DNA from: an uncultured Bacilli bacterium
Lineage (GTDB): Bacteria > Bacillota_I > Bacilli_A > RF39 > UBA660
Length of the DNA: 64,000 nt
Assembly (NCBI GenBank): GCA_947631295.1
Contig: CANRKU010000001.1
Span: 6,690-70,689, forward strand
Reading direction: 5' to 3'
The translations under genes and the position numbers were made by a program. The stretch's first letter is position 1. Each line of letters opens with the position of its first letter. The notes below the pieces were generated by a model that saw nothing but the letters and a program-made list of their open reading frames with translations, did not search any database and was not told where the DNA came from. Shown one piece after another: positions 61,053 to 64,000 of the stretch.

Positions 61053-62277
61053 ATTTTGTAGTATAATTTTCTGCTATTTGTGTATCTAAATCATCTTCTA
61101 TTTCTACTAATTTATAAATTTCTTCAAAAGTCGTATATCCTTTTAATACTTTGTCAAGACCATCTTGTAGTAGAGTGATAGTATGGTTTTGACCATAAAC
61201 TATTTCTCTTAAGTCTTCTTTCTTTAAATTTTCATTACTTAATTTATCCCTTAGCTCTTCATCAATTAATAAAACTTCTTGAATAGCAATTCTACCATGG
61301 TAACCATTATTACATTCTTCACAGTTACCAGTATCCCAGATTTCAGCAACATTTTTATTTAAAAAGGTTTTAAATACCTTTTTTTCAAATGAAGTAGTTG
61401 GTCTTAAATGTCTACAATGCGTACATAATCTTCTTGCTAGTTTTTGAGAAATAATACCTTCTAGAGCACTAGATAGTAAATATCTTTCTACATCCATATC
61501 TAGTAGTCTTTCAATGGTACTTAAAGAATTATTGGTATGGATAGTCGATAGTACTAAATGTCCTGTAATAGAGGCACGGACAGCTATTTGAGCAGTTTCA
61601 GAATCACGAATTTCACCAATTAATATAATATTTGGATCTTGTCTTAAAATGGAACGAAGAACATTCGCAAATGTAAGGCCAATACTAGGATTAACTTGTA
61701 CTTGATTAATTCCTTCGATATTCATTTCGATGGGATCTTCTACTGTGATAATATTTCTTTCTTCACTGTTTAATCTTTGTAACATAGAATAGGTAGTTGT
61801 TGATTTACCAGATCCAGTAGCACCTGTTACTAAGATAATACCATTTGGTACTGCTAACATTCTTTCAATTTTGGCATAATTTTCTTTAGAAAAATCCAAG
61901 CTTTCGATTCCATTTAAACTCATACTATAATCTAGAATACGAATAACAGCTTTTTCACCTTCATTCGTTGGCAAAACAGAAACACGCATATCTAATTCTA
62001 AATCATCTATTTTTCCTTTAATTGCGCCATCTTGTGGTAATCTGTTTTCAGTAATATTCATACCAGAGATTAGTTTTACTCTAGTAATCAGATTTCTTTC
62101 TGCTGATTTAGGAATAATGGTATGGTCTCTCAAATCACCATCAATACGCATTCTAATTTTTAATCCATCTTCCATTGGATCAAAGTGAATATCTGAAGCT
62201 CTTGATTTTACTCCTGTAATAATAATCTTATTCACCAAATCTACAATTGGCGTTTTTTCAACATCATAATTTATCAT
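61051..62277 (-). CDS. type II/IV secretion-system ATPase (GspE/PilB/ComGA-like)
   Basis: Has Walker A (VTGATGSGKSTT), Asp box, Walker B and His box, and a tetracysteine motif (CTHC...CEEC). At 408 aa it lacks a long N1 domain, as in ComGA. Confidence 0.85.
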   Translation of the reverse strand: MINYDVEKTPIVDLVNKIIITGVKSRASDIHFDPMEDGLKIRMRIDGDLRDHTIIPKSAERNLITRVKLISGMNITENRLPQDGAIKGKIDDLELDMRVSVLPTNEGEKAVIRILDYSMSLNGIESLDFSKENYAKIERMLAVPNGIILVTGATGSGKSTTTYSMLQRLNSEERNIITVEDPIEMNIEGINQVQVNPSIGLTFANVLRSILRQDPNIILIGEIRDSETAQIAVRASITGHLVLSTIHTNNSLSTIERLLDMDVERYLLSSALEGIISQKLARRLCTHCRHLRPTTSFEKKVFKTFLNKNVAEIWDTGNCEECNNGYHGRIAIQEVLLIDEELRDKLSNENLKKEDLREIVYGQNHTITLLQDGLDKVLKGYTTFEEIYKLVEIEDDLDTQIAENYTTK

Positions 62278-62371
62278 AATTTTCCCTCAACTTTATTCTT
62301 TTCTCTAGTATTTTATCCAAAACTATTATATAATAATTTTAATATATAATCAATAAAGGATAGTGAATTTT

Positions 62372-63541
62372 ATGAAATTGTTGAATAAAAAGGGGTTTAT
62401 TTTAGTTGAAACATTAGTTGTTACCTTATTTATTATGACTTTGTTTATGTTAGTTTATCAAAATTTAGTTCCTTCTATTGGTAAATATGAAGCAATGGAA
62501 AATTATGATGATATCGATAGTGTATATGCTAGCAATTTATTTAAAAAGACACTATTACGCTATGGTAATACTGATTATATTGATTCTTATCTTGCTAATC
62601 ATACTTATTTAGATATTACTGATTGTAGTAATATCAATGTTTATAAAAACAGTGATTATTGTTTGTTTATTAAAGATTTTCTTGATATTTCAGAAGATGA
62701 CTATATATTTATTACTAAGTATGATATTAAAGATTTTCGAAATGAGGTTAAAAATAATGAACTTTTTGATTCTGGAAAATTTAGTGGTTTTAAAGATTAT
62801 ATTTCTACTATTCCAGATATTGATACCTTTTATGATACAGAAGATCATAGTAAAGTAGCTGGTAAGTATCGTTTATTTTTGACCAGAACAGTTCCAAATA
62901 TTGATCAAAGTAATTCTTTAAAGTATGTAAATTTAGGAATTTTTGATGGATTGTATAAACGTTATAATGTTGGTGAATTGGTACAATTTTCTCCTATTGT
63001 TGGTGGCTCTAAAATGAATTTTTATGTCTTAAAAAATAGTTCTTCTTTAGAAGAGAAAGTAACTTTAATATTAGATAGAAATGTTGGTACAGTTACTGCT
63101 TTTAATAGTACAGGTACTACAGGGCTTCCTAATTCTGCTTTGAAGGTTTTAAGTGATAATACTACAAATTGGAATAATGTAGCTCCTTTTACAAATTCTA
63201 CACAGTATGTATCTTCAAATGGATATACTATTTCTTATAATGGATACCGAGCTAGGCTATTGGAACCTAATGATATTTATGCTCTTTTAGGTAGTCAAAT
63301 AGATGCAGATTATTTCAATTATAATAATTTATTTTCTATTTTATTGACAAATAGTTCTGCTTCCTTTTTATTTCAAAATTTAACAGGTAATCAAGGATAT
63401 TGGATGGCAAATATGGTTCCATCTAATACCGAAATGGCTTGGACTATTCAGTATCAAAAAATAGCTCCTGCTTTTATAACAGATCATACAAATATTGGAG
63501 TAAGGCCTGTTATTGAGGTATCAAAAGAGTTGTTAGGTTAG
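62372..63541 (+). CDS. large type IV pilin/pseudopilin-like protein (389 aa) with a class III prepilin signal
   Basis: The N-terminus MKLLNKKGFILVETLVV matches the prepilin peptidase site G|F-x-L-V-E followed by a hydrophobic helix. An AAAGGA RBS is present; the GTG at 62363 in the ORF track is unlikely to be the start. Confidence 0.7.
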   Translation: MKLLNKKGFILVETLVVTLFIMTLFMLVYQNLVPSIGKYEAMENYDDIDSVYASNLFKKTLLRYGNTDYIDSYLANHTYLDITDCSNINVYKNSDYCLFIKDFLDISEDDYIFITKYDIKDFRNEVKNNELFDSGKFSGFKDYISTIPDIDTFYDTEDHSKVAGKYRLFLTRTVPNIDQSNSLKYVNLGIFDGLYKRYNVGELVQFSPIVGGSKMNFYVLKNSSSLEEKVTLILDRNVGTVTAFNSTGTTGLPNSALKVLSDNTTNWNNVAPFTNSTQYVSSNGYTISYNGYRARLLEPNDIYALLGSQIDADYFNYNNLFSILLTNSSASFLFQNLTGNQGYWMANMVPSNTEMAWTIQYQKIAPAFITDHTNIGVRPVIEVSKELLG

Positions 63542-63551
63542 GTGATTAAAA

Positions 63552-64000
63552 TGCGATTAGATAATAAAGGTATGAGTATCATTGAAATCGTGTTAACTTT
63601 TTCTTTGATTATGGTTATGGTTGTGGGAATGGTTTCAGTTGCTTTAAATTATCGCCTGAAAGCTAGTATTAGTTTAGAAAAAATGGATATGAATACTTTT
63701 AAAAATACTTTGACGAAAGCTATTCAAGATGATATTTTAGAAAAAGGCGTTAAAGAAATGAATTATGATGGAGAATGTCAAACAATTAGTTACTTAAATA
63801 GTTGTGTTAATATTGTTTTTATGGATGGTTCTAGTAAAATTTTTGGAACGAGTATTGTTGATAATAATAGTAGAGAAAGTATTGAGAATAAGTTTGTATA
63901 TTATGATGGAATAAAATATCCATTAAATGATTCTTTACCAACTACTATTCCAGATGGAAGAAGTCTTTCTGATTTTCAAATGATTCAAATCCAAGATAGT
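63552..64000 (+). CDS. second prepilin-type protein (partial; 3' end outside window)
   Basis: The N-terminus MRLDNKGMSIIEIVLTFSLIMVMV matches G|M-S-I-I-E. An AGGTGA RBS is present. The frame is open to the window end. Confidence 0.65.

Overview
This window is AT-rich (about 28-30% GC) and looks like a low-GC Firmicute chromosome segment. SpoIIGA and pro-sigma-E are present, so the organism is Clostridia/Erysipelotrichia-like and likely spore-forming. Most of it is densely packed housekeeping genes in recognisable Bacillus/Clostridium synteny. In order: murB(partial)-divIB, ruvA-ruvB, queA, tgt, relA-dtd, gmk, rnhC, trxA, ftsA-ftsZ, mtaB, recD2, a 6S-RNA-like gene upstream of a tcdA(yrvM)-like gene, lexA, polA-mutM, pyk, yceD-rpmF, spoIIGA-sigE, ppaC, a DUF368 gene next to uppP, lepA-hemW, tmk, and a divergent type IV pilus/competence-pseudopilus-like cluster at the 3' end. 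Several accessory or unusual elements are embedded in this backbone.

- **LRR array (19.3-28.8 kb).** A 9.5-kb array of three tandem BspA-type leucine-rich-repeat proteins of about 1020-1060 aa. Their N-terminal LRR regions are hypervariable, while roughly 1.7 kb of 3' sequence plus the intergenic/5' head are essentially identical at the nucleotide level. This is the most striking block and suggests a recombination or gene-conversion cassette system.
- **GC-rich gene relic (17.4-17.6 kb).** A fragment of about 45% GC whose translation resembles the C-terminal C-type-lectin/FGE-sulfatase variable region targeted by diversity-generating retroelements. No reverse transcriptase is visible in the window.
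- **SOS micro-gene.** A 47-aa membrane protein lies divergent from lexA. Its perfect TTGACA-17-TACAAT promoter has a spacer that is a palindromic LexA (Cheo-like) box, making it a candidate SOS cell-division inhibitor.
- **Paralog pair in polA-mutM.** Two tandem small membrane-protein paralogs with identical C-termini are inserted between polA and mutM.
- **TCS-linked repeat protein.** A Lys/Glu-rich coiled-coil protein with internal tandem repeats is co-oriented with a two-component system.
- **lepA-hemW insertion.** A repeat-containing gene sits between lepA and hemW.
- **Other insertions.** Several hypothetical genes interrupt conserved operons.

No rRNA, tRNA, CRISPR array, transposase or integrase was recognised.
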